Positions 51,400 through 61,866 of a stretch of 64,000 bases of DNA are shown here, one piece after another; position 1 is the stretch's first letter, and the number at the start of each line of letters is the position of its first letter. Source of the DNA: Basidiobolus meristosporus CBS 931.73. Its lineage: Eukaryota > Fungi > Basidiobolomycota. The notes under the pieces are model-generated. The model did no database searches. It was given only the letters and a program-made list of their open reading frames with translations, and was not told where the DNA came from. The position numbers were made by a program, and so were the translations under genes. The DNA lies in the NCBI GenBank assembly GCA_002104905.1, contig MCFE01000182.1, forward strand, positions 62,001-126,000, given 5' to 3'.

Positions 51400-51651
51400 A
51401 TGTCTATTTTATACACACTCCTGTTCCTGGTTTTGTGCCTTGCGGTTGTCCTGTCTCACCCAATCAGCGTGTATGACTACACCTACGAGCCTATTGCCAT
51501 TGACCAAGCAGACAAGTTGAAATTCCAGTCGAATGGTGAACAAATCCAGAATACCTGGAGAAGCAGCGAGGTGTTTGAGTTCGACGAGAAGTTGGATGCG
51601 GAGGATTTCGATGATACCGACTTCTATGGCGAGGACGCGGAGTATTACTAG
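51400..51651 (+). CDS. Small secreted acidic protein (83 aa), unknown family
   Basis: Clear signal peptide MSILYTLLFLVLCLAVVLS and an Asp/Glu/Tyr-rich tail. Confidence 0.65.
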   Translation: MSILYTLLFLVLCLAVVLSHPISVYDYTYEPIAIDQADKLKFQSNGEQIQNTWRSSEVFEFDEKLDAEDFDDTDFYGEDAEYY

Positions 51652-51931
51652 ACATGTAAAGATGGACCAGATTAACCCCTAGATATCCTCCTGATTCCCC
51701 TTTTGCTTAGACAAGAGATACAGTATAAAATGCGTCTTTACCATCCACCCAGTTGTTTATATAGTACTTTGTTATTTCTGAGCCGAATAAACCAAGCCAA
51801 TAATCTATTTTGATTTAGTTTAGTGTCCTCCTCTTCTTCGCCCGCCTCTCTGAAATGCGTTTACCATCCTCCTAGTAGTGTATGGAGTACTCCATTTACT
51901 AACCGAAGTAATCTTCATAACTTATCTTTAT

Positions 51932-52270
51932 TTATTCTTTTTTACCCTCCTCTTCCTCTTCCGAGTCCGCCTCTCCACCCTCCTCATCGTCTCCTTCCCA
52001 TTCCTCTTCCTCTTCCCCTTCTCCGTTATCATCATCATTGTGTTCTTCTGCCTCAGGTTGAGCAGATTTAAAGCTATGACGACTTCCATTGTAGTTATTA
52101 CCGGAGGTTGATCGTTTTGCTATCCAGGTGGTACTTTTCGGATAGGAGCCCACGGAACCATTGGATGGGTTTTCACCTTCACCTACACTCGCACCGTAAT
52201 GCTCGTAAGTAGGGGCGGCACTCACAGTAAGCACATAGAAAAGGGACAATAGGGGAATCAATCTCATGGC
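51932..52270 (-). CDS. Small secreted protein with a poly-acidic C-terminal tract, unknown family; 3' end may be spliced
   Basis: Signal-like MRLIPLLSLFYVLTVSA, a KR dibasic site (IAKRS), then EAEEHNDDDNGEGEEEEEWEGDDEE. Confidence 0.6.
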   Translation of the reverse strand, partial: AMRLIPLLSLFYVLTVSAAPTYEHYGASVGEGENPSNGSVGSYPKSTTWIAKRSTSGNNYNGSRHSFKSAQPEAEEHNDDDNGEGEEEEEWEGDDEEGGEADSEEEEEGKKE

Positions 52271-52522
52271 AGGCAATCGCTTGGTATACTTCATGTTCAA
52301 AGAGGCCCGGTCTTTTTATATGCGATCTCGTCTGGCAATTCCAACCTGTATGCATAGCGGCTGAACCCGAAATCCCCGATGTCTTTGCAGTAAGCAATAC
52401 ACAGCATTATTCAGTTCAATTCATTTATTGATTCTCTAAAGATGCCCATAAATGTGGTATCAACTTACAATCTATGTAATTCCGGTGATACATACTGAAA
52501 AAAAATCCCCATCACCAGTGAT

Positions 52523-53134
52523 CTATGGGAATGCGTAAACGCCTGGAGTACAGGAGGTGCGAGTAATGTCAACGACGTTGAGGCGGTTTCCGTACTGGTT
52601 GTCGATCTCGACATAGTACTTCTCAAGACCGACCATGAAGTCAATTTGATGGTTGCTGAGTCCCCAACCTTGATCATCGACACGGACACATCCGTTGTGG
52701 ATCTGACCATCGGGCAATTGAACTCCCTTAAGTTGCTTCACCATCAAGGTAGTACCGCGGGGAATGTTGTTGGCTGCAACACTGACAAAAGGTACGAGTG
52801 CGTTGTCCCAGGCACCCAAGCCATAAGGATAGAGGGTCTTGTTAAGGTAAGAGAAGCAGCTATAGCCACCATCGCAGCTACATTGAAGATTGATCACATC
52901 ACCATTGTTCAAGATAGCAGTTCCTTCCATGCGGGCAGCTTCGGCGAATTCGTGGCTGACTGTAGCTAGAGTCTCACCGGAGCAGGTTTGGATTTCGATG
53001 TCCTGGGGGCCAGAGAAATCACTCTCTTCCGAGATCCAGTAGTAAGTCAAATCAACTCTTCTGGCCAAAGCCAAGGACTGGAAACAGGCCAAGGCGAGAA
53101 GGGTGAACATAAAAAGCTTCGAGGCGGTAGACAT
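52523..53134 (-). CDS. Secreted 3D-domain (MltA-like double-psi beta-barrel) protein, copy 1, 203 aa
   Basis: Signal peptide MSTASKLFMFTLLALACFQSLALA, TYYW, MEGT, LVPFVSVAANNIPRGT, VDDQGWGLSNHQIDFMVG, six Cys, no introns. The track ORF starts 23 codons earlier at 53203. Confidence 0.8.
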   Translation of the reverse strand: MSTASKLFMFTLLALACFQSLALARRVDLTYYWISEESDFSGPQDIEIQTCSGETLATVSHEFAEAARMEGTAILNNGDVINLQCSCDGGYSCFSYLNKTLYPYGLGAWDNALVPFVSVAANNIPRGTTLMVKQLKGVQLPDGQIHNGCVRVDDQGWGLSNHQIDFMVGLEKYYVEIDNQYGNRLNVVDITRTSCTPGVYAFP

Positions 53135-54055
53135 TTTGTTGATATCAGTAGGCTGATGATATTCAGGTATTCCACTAGTCCGTTTATATAGTTTCTCTTC
53201 CAACGAATTCGGCTATCACCATATTACTTTCTAGGTCCTTGTGGCCAAGTTTGTCAATAGACTACTACGCTTATGGAGAGTGGATATCAGCCGCCTAAAA
53301 GCTATGGATAGCATTTACAAGTATTGAAACACATCTTCTGGTGTTTCGCCCAGCTCATCCCACTGACCAATCCGATAAATTTCCCACATCCCACTGGCCA
53401 ATCCAGTAAATTTCCTGCATTCTTCATGCCATTCCAATTCGGATGTTGGATCCAGTGCCTGGGATCCAGTACCTGGAAAACAAATCAAGCTAGCCCATAT
53501 ATGGTTGCCTCATCCCATGTCCCTTGACACTAGTGCTGGCAGGTCAATCCTATTGCCCCAGTGAAGCCACACCCGTCCACTTGACAGTGGATTCCTGGAT
53601 CTAAACGGATTGTCAAAAGGGAATATCGAGAGTGATCAAGAATCTGTCAGCTCATGATTGGAGCTGCTGCGATAAAGGCTTTGTCAGACTGCAATTGGAA
53701 ACAGCTGCCTGGCTTCTTGATTCGACTCCTTGCCCATCTCAATCCCGATACTACCCAGTATGTCCCGGCAAAGACCTGGTTACCTTCCATATCCACTAGG
53801 CTTCATACCGACCCTTGATAACAAGTTGGGAATACTTGCGACTACTGTTTGAGTATCTTATCTAGATTTACAAGCCCGCAATGCTTTGTAGCCACTCACA
53901 CCGGCTCCACTGTTGTTGCTCTCCTTTTGGAGCCCTTTAGCTGGTTGGCGTATGTTGGATATTCGTTGATTTTATTTTCAGTTTGAACTAGCCCAGTAGT
54001 CCTTGTGGTAGTGGTAAATATCGAGACATTGGATTTCCCAGCATTCTCTGATCTA

Positions 54056-54701
54056 TCAAAAGGTCACACTCAATGCAATCCTTGCTAGCTCTGGAGCCTT
54101 GTAGACACCAGGCACACATTCTTCATGAGCGATATCAATGTAGTTCAAGAGATTTTCGTATTTGTTGTCCATCTGGACATAGTACTTCTTGATGCCAACC
54201 ATGAAGTCAATTTGGTTGTCACCAAAGCTCCAGCCTTGATCGTCGACACGGACGCATCCGTTGTGGATCTGGCCGTTCGGCAGCTTGATTCCCTTGAGCT
54301 GCTCGACCATCAAGGGTGGTGCCATAGGAGATGTCGTTGGCGGCAACACTGACAAAAGGAACAAGAACATTGTGCTTATTACCCTGACCGTAGGGGTAGA
54401 GCTTCTCGTCGATGAAAGAGAAGCAGCTGTAGCCACCATTGCAGTCGCACTGAAGGTTGATCACCTTACCGTTGCCCAGGATAGCAGTACCTTCCATACG
54501 AGCAGACGCGGCAAATTGACGGTTCACAGTAGCGAGAACCTCTCCAGAGCAGCTACGAAGTTGGATATTCTTTGGGCCAGCGAAGTCGCTCTCTTCTGAG
54601 ACCCAGTAGTAAGTCATCTTTACCTCTTTGGCAAATACACTGGCGCTGAATAGGGTTAAACCCAGGGTGACGGCAAGTAAGAATCTGAAAGTAGAGAGCA
54701 T
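54056..54701 (-). pseudogene. Secreted 3D-domain protein, copy 2, with a +1 frameshift (pseudogene or assembly error)
   Basis: CAAGGGTGG at ~54311-54319 versus CAAGGTGG in copies 3 and 4. ORFs 54219-54701 and 54056-54439 join into a full-length protein if one G is removed. Confidence 0.75.
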
Positions 54702-55291
54702 CTTTGGAGTTGTGTTTGTTCTCGACTATTGTTTGATGAATATCATGGACTTCCATATCTTAGTTATAACACAGCTCAAGCAGGGTCACGCATCAACGGC
54801 ATGACATCAACGGCATGGCACCAACGTGGTCGTTACCCTTTCATAAAGACACACTCCAATATACTTCGATCTGTAGGATGAATGCCGTATCAGATCATGA
54901 ACGTGCAAACATCTACCACAGCGGGAACACTATTAGAATACTATCATCGGTTCTTGAACAAAAGACCAGTGTAGTCAGGTAGTAATTTAAGTGATGTCCT
55001 GCAAGTTGATTGATCAAAAGCGCTTCATTGAGTTGCGGCTAGATAGCCATATCATTAAAGCCTCTGGTATAGTATTCGAGAGTGCTAGCTACCTTTCCTT
55101 TTTTTAGACTGATTAGCCTTTATACGGACTCACTGAAGTGTCCTGGGTGATTGGCCCTTGAGGGATATTTATTAATTTTTGTTTGTTCTTTTTACCTGAG
55201 CCTCAATCACAGTCTGGACTACCGTGTTAAAAATATTATCCCATCCCTTTTTCAACCTATGGATTTTCTAGCAAAATGATCTAACATCGCT

Positions 55292-56065
55292 CTATAAGCC
55301 TCCTAACCCTAACCCTGGTATTTCTGAGTTTGATAATGTCGAAGGAACTAGCTTTACAAAGAGCTCCCGATAACTGACAACCCAAGTAATACTTGGCACG
55401 CCAAAAGAAGTGGTCTTGTTCTTATTTTGGAAGGATTGTAATATACCTCGGATATTCAGGTATGATAACGTTAAGGCTAAGCAGTGATTCCTACACGATT
55501 CTTGGGTGAATTGTATTCCCGTTTTTATCCCCTGGATGGCGATCGGGATCTGGTAACTTGAAAGATTTCTAGGTAGCGTGATGGGTACTACCAAGTATTG
55601 AAACATATCTTCTGGTGTTTCGCCCAGCTCATCCCACTGACCAATCCGATAAATTTCCCACATCCCACTGGCCAATCCAGTAAATTTCCTGCATTCTTCA
55701 TGCCATTCCAATTCGGATGTTGGATCCAGTGCCTGGGATCCAGTACCTGGAAAACAAATCAAGCTAGCCCATATATGGTTGCCTCATCCCATGTCCCTTG
55801 ACACTAGTGCTGGCAGGTCAATCCTATTGCCCCAGTGAAGCCACACCCGTCCACTTGACAGTGGATTCCTGGATCTAAACGGATTGTCAAAAGGGAATAT
55901 CGAGAGTGATCAGGAGTCTGTCAGCTCATGATTGAAAGCTGCTGCGATAAAGGCTTTGTCAGACTGCAATTGGAAACAGCTCCCTGGCTTCTTGATTCGA
56001 CTCCTTGCCCATCTCAATCCCGATACTACCCAGTATGTCCCGGCAAAGACCTGGTTACCTTCCAT
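55292..56065 (-). pseudogene. Decayed reading frame in the inter-copy spacer of the 3D array
   Basis: A 258-codon frame from ATG 56065 to the stop at 55292 has only two internal TGA codons. No family recognised. Confidence 0.35.
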
Positions 56066-56443
56066 ATCCACTAGGCTTCATACAGATCCTCGATAGCAAG
56101 CTGGCAGCTCCTGCAGCTACTACAATGCCTAGCTTGAACATTCACGTTATCCTTTCGCAATGGCTCTAATTTGATGGCCTACGAATCTGCAATACTCTAC
56201 AGCCGCCGCACCGGCTCCATTTCCTTTGCTTTGCTACCCTTCTTTGTTAGTTGGCTGGTGAATATTGCCTCATTGCCAAAGTCAGATGCATACTTCTGAT
56301 TCATTGATTTTATTTTCTATTTGAACTAGCCCAGTAGTCTTTGTGGTGGCACTAAGTATCGAGACATTGGAATTCCCAGCATTCTCTGATCTATCAAAAG
56401 GTCACACTCAATGCAATCCTTGCTTGCTCCGGAGCAAGACAGC

Positions 56444-57061
56444 TCAGTCCCGAGGAGTCTTGTACACACCAGGCGTACACTCCTCGCGAGTGATATCGAC
56501 GTAGTTGAAGAGGTTTCCGTATTTGTTGTCCATCTCGACATAGTACTTCTTGATGCCAACCATGAAGTCGATTTGGTTGTCACCAAAGCTCCAGCCTTGG
56601 TCGTCGACACGGACGCATCCGTTGTGGATCTGGCCGTTCGGCAGCTTGATTCCCTTGAGCTGCTCGACCATCAAGGTGGTGCCATAGGAGATGTCGTTGG
56701 CGGCAACACTGACAAAAGGAACAAGAGCGTTGTCCTTCTCGCCCAGACCGAAGGGGTAGAGCTTCTCATTGATGAAAGAGAAGCAGCTGTAACCACCATT
56801 GCAGTCGCACTGAAGATTGATCACCTTACCGTTGCCCAGAATAGCGGTACCTTCCATGCGAGCAGCCGAGGCAAATTGGCGACTCACGGTAGCGAGAACC
56901 TCTCCAGAGCAACTACGGAGGTGGACATCCTTCGGACCAGAGAAATCACTCTCCTCTGAGATCCAGTAGTAAGTCATCTTCACCTTCTTGGCAAATACGC
57001 TGGCACCGAGCATGGTCACACCGAGGGTGGCGACAAGTAAGAATCTGAAAGTAGAGAGCAT
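56444..57061 (-). CDS. Secreted 3D-domain protein, copy 3, 205 aa
   Basis: Signal peptide MLSTFRFLLVATLGVTMLGASVFA, VSVAANDISYGT and VDDQGWSFGDNQIDFMVG. Confidence 0.85.
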   Translation of the reverse strand: MLSTFRFLLVATLGVTMLGASVFAKKVKMTYYWISEESDFSGPKDVHLRSCSGEVLATVSRQFASAARMEGTAILGNGKVINLQCDCNGGYSCFSFINEKLYPFGLGEKDNALVPFVSVAANDISYGTTLMVEQLKGIKLPNGQIHNGCVRVDDQGWSFGDNQIDFMVGIKKYYVEMDNKYGNLFNYVDITREECTPGVYKTPRD

Positions 57062-59256
57062 CTTTGGAGTTGTGTTTGTTCACGACTGTTGTTTGATGAA
57101 GGCCATAGAGCATCAAAGGCTCAATATATATACACCACCGGTGGGCCCCCAGCAGGGAGAATTGGAAGTCACCATGGCCCATGGCCCGGTCACTTTCCCC
57201 ATAAGCTCAAATTTCTTTAAACATCAATTTTTTAAGCGTAGTTGTCAGTAGGATTCCATGGATGTACTGTGGATAAACATTGGTAAGGTGCATGGGAAGA
57301 GGCTGGGATATAGTAGGAAATCGGCAGGAGGCCATTAACAATCCATGGAATTGGTACAGTATTCTTGACTGTATAAATGCCAAAAGTTGGCAGGATTGGC
57401 TGCACCAATCCGATTTTTTTCCAATCATCTATGATTTGCCATCAACCGGTCTAATAGGTAATTGGCTTCTATTAATCTGGAACGTGTTAGTGGCATGACA
57501 CTAACGTGGTCAATAACCTTCCAGAAAGATAAACTGAAGTATACTTTGATCTGGAATGATGCGAACACTATTGATAGGTTGATACTATAGTAGTAGAAAT
57601 ATGTATATATTGCTGATCAAACAACGTTAGAATAGTGTCAATAGTACATGAGCAAAAGACCTGTGAAATTCGGGAGTTAGTAAAGTAGTTTATCTCGCAA
57701 AGAGGTTCTCATAAACACTTGAATTGCCATGTCATTGAAATCCCCTGTATAGTATTTGGCAACGCATTTCTTCAAGGTACCACATTTAATCTAGATAGAG
57801 GATCTCGATAAATTGCTGTTATTAGACTGATTAGCCTTTATACGAACTCACCTGGATAACCTGAACGATTGGCCCTCGAAGAATATTTATCCTTTTTTGT
57901 TTATTCTTTTTTGCCTGAACTTTAGTCACAGCCTGGACTACCGTTTTAAAAATACCATCCCATCCCTTTTTCAATATATGGATCTTCTAGCTAAATGGGC
58001 TTGACATCACTCTATAAGCCTGTTAACCCTAACCCTGATGTTTCAGACTTGGATCGTGTTCAAGAAACCAAGCTGATAAAGGATTCCGGTTGACCGTCAA
58101 CCCATACAGTACTTGACTCACCAAACAGAAGTGGTTTTCGCTCTAATTTGATAGGAGTACTACCTACATTAGAATTTTAGGAACGGTGACAACAAAGCTA
58201 AGCAGTGATTCCGATACGATCTTTGAAGAATTGTATTCCCGTTTTTATCGCAGTTGCTTTAAAATCACTATCGCTATAATTGACTCAATCCGATATTTCA
58301 TCATAATTTTTGCTATAATGACATTTGTTATTGTATATATTGTCGCAATTGGGATCTGTCAACTTTAAAAATATTTAGATAGCGTGATGGGTACTACCAA
58401 GTATTGAAACATATCTTCTGGTGTTTCGCCCAGCTCATCCAACTGACCAATCCGGTAAATTTCCCATATCCCATATCCCAATACCCAATCCAGTAAATTT
58501 CCTGCATTCTTCATGCCATTCCAATTCGGATGTTGGATCCAGTGCCTAGGATCCAGTACCTGGAAACCAGATCAAGCTAGCCCATATATGGTTGCCTCAT
58601 CCCATGTCCCTTGACACTAGTGCTGGCAGGTCAATCCTATTGCCCCAGTGAAGCCACACCCGTCCACTTGACAGTGGATTCCTGGATCTAAACGGATTGT
58701 CAAAAGGGAGTATCGAGAGTGATCAGGAATCTGTCAGCTCATGATTGGAAGCTGCTGCGATAAAGGCTTTGTCAGACTGCAATTGGAAACAGCTCCCTGG
58801 CTTCTTGATTCGACTCCTTGCCCATCTCAATCCCGATACTACCCAGTATGTCCCGGCAAAGACCTGGTTACCTTCCATATCCACTAGGCTTCGTACAGAT
58901 CCTCGATAGCAAGCTGGCAGCTCCTGCAGCTACTACAATGCCTAGCTTGAACATTCACGTTATCCTTTCGCAATGGCTCTAATTTGATGGCCTACGAATC
59001 TGCAATACTCTACAGCCGCCGCACCGGCTCCATTTCCTTTGCTTTGCTACCCTTCTTTGTTAGTTGGCTGGTGAATATTGCCTCATTGCCAAAGTCAGAT
59101 GCATACTTCTGATTCATTGATTTTATTTTCTATTTGAACTAGCCCAGTAGTCTTTGTGGTGGCACTAAGTATCGAGACATTGGAATTCCCAGCATTCTCT
59201 GATCTATCAAAAGGTCACACTCAATGCAATCCTTGCTTGCTCCGGAGCAAGACAGC

Positions 59257-59874
59257 TCAGTCCCGAGGAGTCTTGTACACACCAGGCGTACACTCCTCGC
59301 GAGTGATATCGACGTAGTTGAAGAGGTTTCCGTATTTGTTGTCCATCTCGACATAGTACTTCTTGATGCCAACCATGAAGTCGATTTGGTTGTCACCAAA
59401 GCTCCAGCCTTGGTCGTCGACACGGACGCATCCGTTGTGGATCTGGCCGTTCGGCAGCTTGATTCCCTTGAGCTGCTCGACCATCAAGGTGGTGCCATAG
59501 GAGATGTCGTTGGCGGCAACACTGACGAAAGGAACAAGAGCGTTGTCCTTCTCGCCCAAACCGAAGGGGTAGAGCTTCTCATTGATGAAAGAGAAGCAGC
59601 TGTAGCCACCATTGCAGTCGCACTGAAGGTTGATCACCTTACCGTTGCCCAGAATAGCGGTACCTTCCATGCGAGCAGCCGAGGCAAATTGGCGACTCAC
59701 GGTAGCGAGAACCTCTCCAGAGCAACTACGGAGGTGGACATCCTTCGGACCAGAGAAATCACTCTCCTCTGAGATCCAGTAGTAAGTCATCTTCACCTTC
59801 TTGGCAAATACGCTGGCACCGAGCATGGTCACACCGAGGGTGGCGACAAGTAAGAATCTGAAAGTAGAGAGCAT
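59257..59874 (-). CDS. Secreted 3D-domain protein, copy 4, 205 aa, identical in protein sequence to copy 3
   Basis: Offset 2813 bp from copy 3, with four synonymous differences. Confidence 0.85.
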   Translation of the reverse strand: MLSTFRFLLVATLGVTMLGASVFAKKVKMTYYWISEESDFSGPKDVHLRSCSGEVLATVSRQFASAARMEGTAILGNGKVINLQCDCNGGYSCFSFINEKLYPFGLGEKDNALVPFVSVAANDISYGTTLMVEQLKGIKLPNGQIHNGCVRVDDQGWSFGDNQIDFMVGIKKYYVEMDNKYGNLFNYVDITREECTPGVYKTPRD

Positions 59875-60552
59875 CTTTGGAGTTGTGTTTGTTCACGACT
59901 GCTGTTTGATGAAGACCATAGAGCGTCCAAGGCTCGATATATATACAACACCGGTGGGCCCCCAGCTGGGGGAATTGGAAGTCACCATGGCCCATGGCCC
60001 GGTCACTTTCCCCATAAGCTCAAATTTCTTTAAACATCAATTTTTTAAGCGTAGTTGTCAGTAGGATTCCATGGATGTACTGTGGGTAAACATTGGTAAG
60101 ATGCATGGGACGAGGCTGGGATATAGTAGGAAATCGGCAGGAGGCCATTAACAATCCATGGAATTGGTACAGTATTCTTGACTGTATAAATGCCAAAAGT
60201 TGGCAGGATTGGCTGCACCAATCCGATTTTTTTCCAATCATCTATGATTTGCCATCAACCGGTCTAATGGGTAATTCGTATCCATTGATCTGGAGCGCAA
60301 TAATGCCACTAATTTGGATGTATTCTTTTTCGATCAATATTCTGGTACACTCTTATTCTCGTATATAGCGATTAGGGATGATATATTGTTTGAGGAAATA
60401 CGTAACGTACTTATCAAATTAAACATGAAAACGGGTATTATGATTAAGACGGTCCAGCTGTGAAACCCAATTGTCCTGAATTAATAGCTCGAAAAAAAAG
60501 CCCATTTTTATCTCATCGTAACAATTGCGAAACTCTCATCCCATTCTACACG

Positions 60553-60914
60553 ATGGCTAGAGGACAGCAAAAGATTCAAGCAAGGTAATTTTTTTCCATC
60601 ATCTCTTAATGGCACTAGTTTTGGAGGTTTACAAAGATGATTTACCTACCGTATACAAAGAGAGAAGGCTCAGAAATTAGCTGAAGCTAAAGCTGGCGGT
60701 AAATCTCAAATCGGTGCCCGCGCTGCTGGTTTAAAGGCCATCTGCCAAATCTGCAAGGTATCGCTTACTTCAAAAGACTCGATTTGCTTCAAATGAATTT
60801 AACGCCAACATTTCTAAGAACCCTTGTGCCAACTACAAAACTCTTGTTCAACATATGGGTGCCAAACATCCCAAAGAACCTGTCCCTAGCGAAGAATCTC
60901 TTGGCTTACAATAA
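60553..60914 (+). CDS. Small 4F5/ZNF706-like zinc-finger protein, three exons (absent from the ORF track)
   Basis: MARGQQKIQAR / ERKAQKLAEAKAGGKSQIGARAAGLKAICQICK / NPCANYKTLVQHMGAKHPKEPVPSEESLGLQ*, joined across two GT-AG introns. Confidence 0.85.
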
Positions 60915-61866
60915 TCTCTTTTGCCAACCCAGGGAAGTAAAGCTACGGATGACATAGATTGTATAGCCACCCCAACAACAGCCACTTCCATTAATACGTT
61001 AGCTCAATAAAGTCTATAATACACCATCATTTGCCTATTATTGGCTTGTGCATAGTTCTGTAGCACAGTACTCTTAGTTATGGTTAGGCTGAACAGCGGA
61101 GTTGAAGTGAAACTGAACAGTGTAAATATACTCCGCAATATTATTTATAGTCCCAAAAGGAATGATTTCAACTTGGTACGAAAATATGTATTGTTATCGA
61201 TCTAATCATTGACACCTGGCAAATATAAAGATATATGACTTCGCACACATAGACACAAGTAAGCCTCACACGACGAGTTCTCTGGCATGCACTATGAATG
61301 TAAATACAGCAGTTTCTAGCCACATTTCGGTCATTAAGATGCCTTTCAAATGTTCACTGTTCAATAAGATTTCAAAGCTTCGAGAGAATGTAGTATATTC
61401 CTGTCCTTTTACTTGCTTGCTCCGTATACAACCAGTTCTGACTACTCGAAAAATCCGCAGGTTGCGCCTCACTTGAAAGTACGAATACATGTCGGTGATG
61501 GGTGGAGCGGTGGCTATTGCTACACGTGAATTGTGGCTTTTCAGTAACTGGCAAAAAACTGTCGATGGAGAATACGCAGAGTACATGTTGGCATTGGGGG
61601 TACGGGCAGTTTGGCTCTTCAATATACGGTAAAAACCTTGAAGGACTCTTTATCATAAAAGGATGCCGAAGAAACACTTAAATTCTCTGCTTTAACAGCT
61701 TCAATCATATGAAATGGATGAATGGAGAATCAAGATCCCGAGTTGCGATGGCTTTTAAACAGTACTTGTTCTGAGGCGGCATAAAATAATCATTTATTTC
61801 AGTATATTTGGTAAATATTCTATCAACCAGTCAGGAATTCAACGATGTCAATAATGATATTCGTCT

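Larger units (their letters stand above)
53320..60268. repeat. Tandem segmental repeat carrying the 3D genes (periods ~2.3 kb and 2813 bp)
   Basis: A block starting AAGTATTGAAAC recurs at ~53320, ~55594 and ~58400. 55594-57455 nearly matches 58400-60268. Confidence 0.92.

Noticed and set aside
55292-56065. Selenocysteine or stop-codon reassignment to explain the two in-frame TGA codons
   Set aside because: All well-supported genes here use TGA as a normal stop, and no SECIS-like element was seen; pseudogene decay is simpler.
52646-59772. Plus-strand ORFs opposite the 3D genes (52646, 54261, 56411, 59224)
   Set aside because: Antisense shadows that track the sense genes exactly and have no independent motifs.
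61096-61136. GCGGAGT...ACTCCGC stem-loop as a possible ncRNA
   Set aside because: Only a 7-bp stem, with no tRNA or snoRNA box motifs.
61266-61740. Possible small spliced gene (ORFs 61266-61622 and 61372-61677, with a CPYPQC motif)
   Set aside because: No consistent exon model and no recognisable family; the Cys/His spacing does not fit a standard zinc finger.
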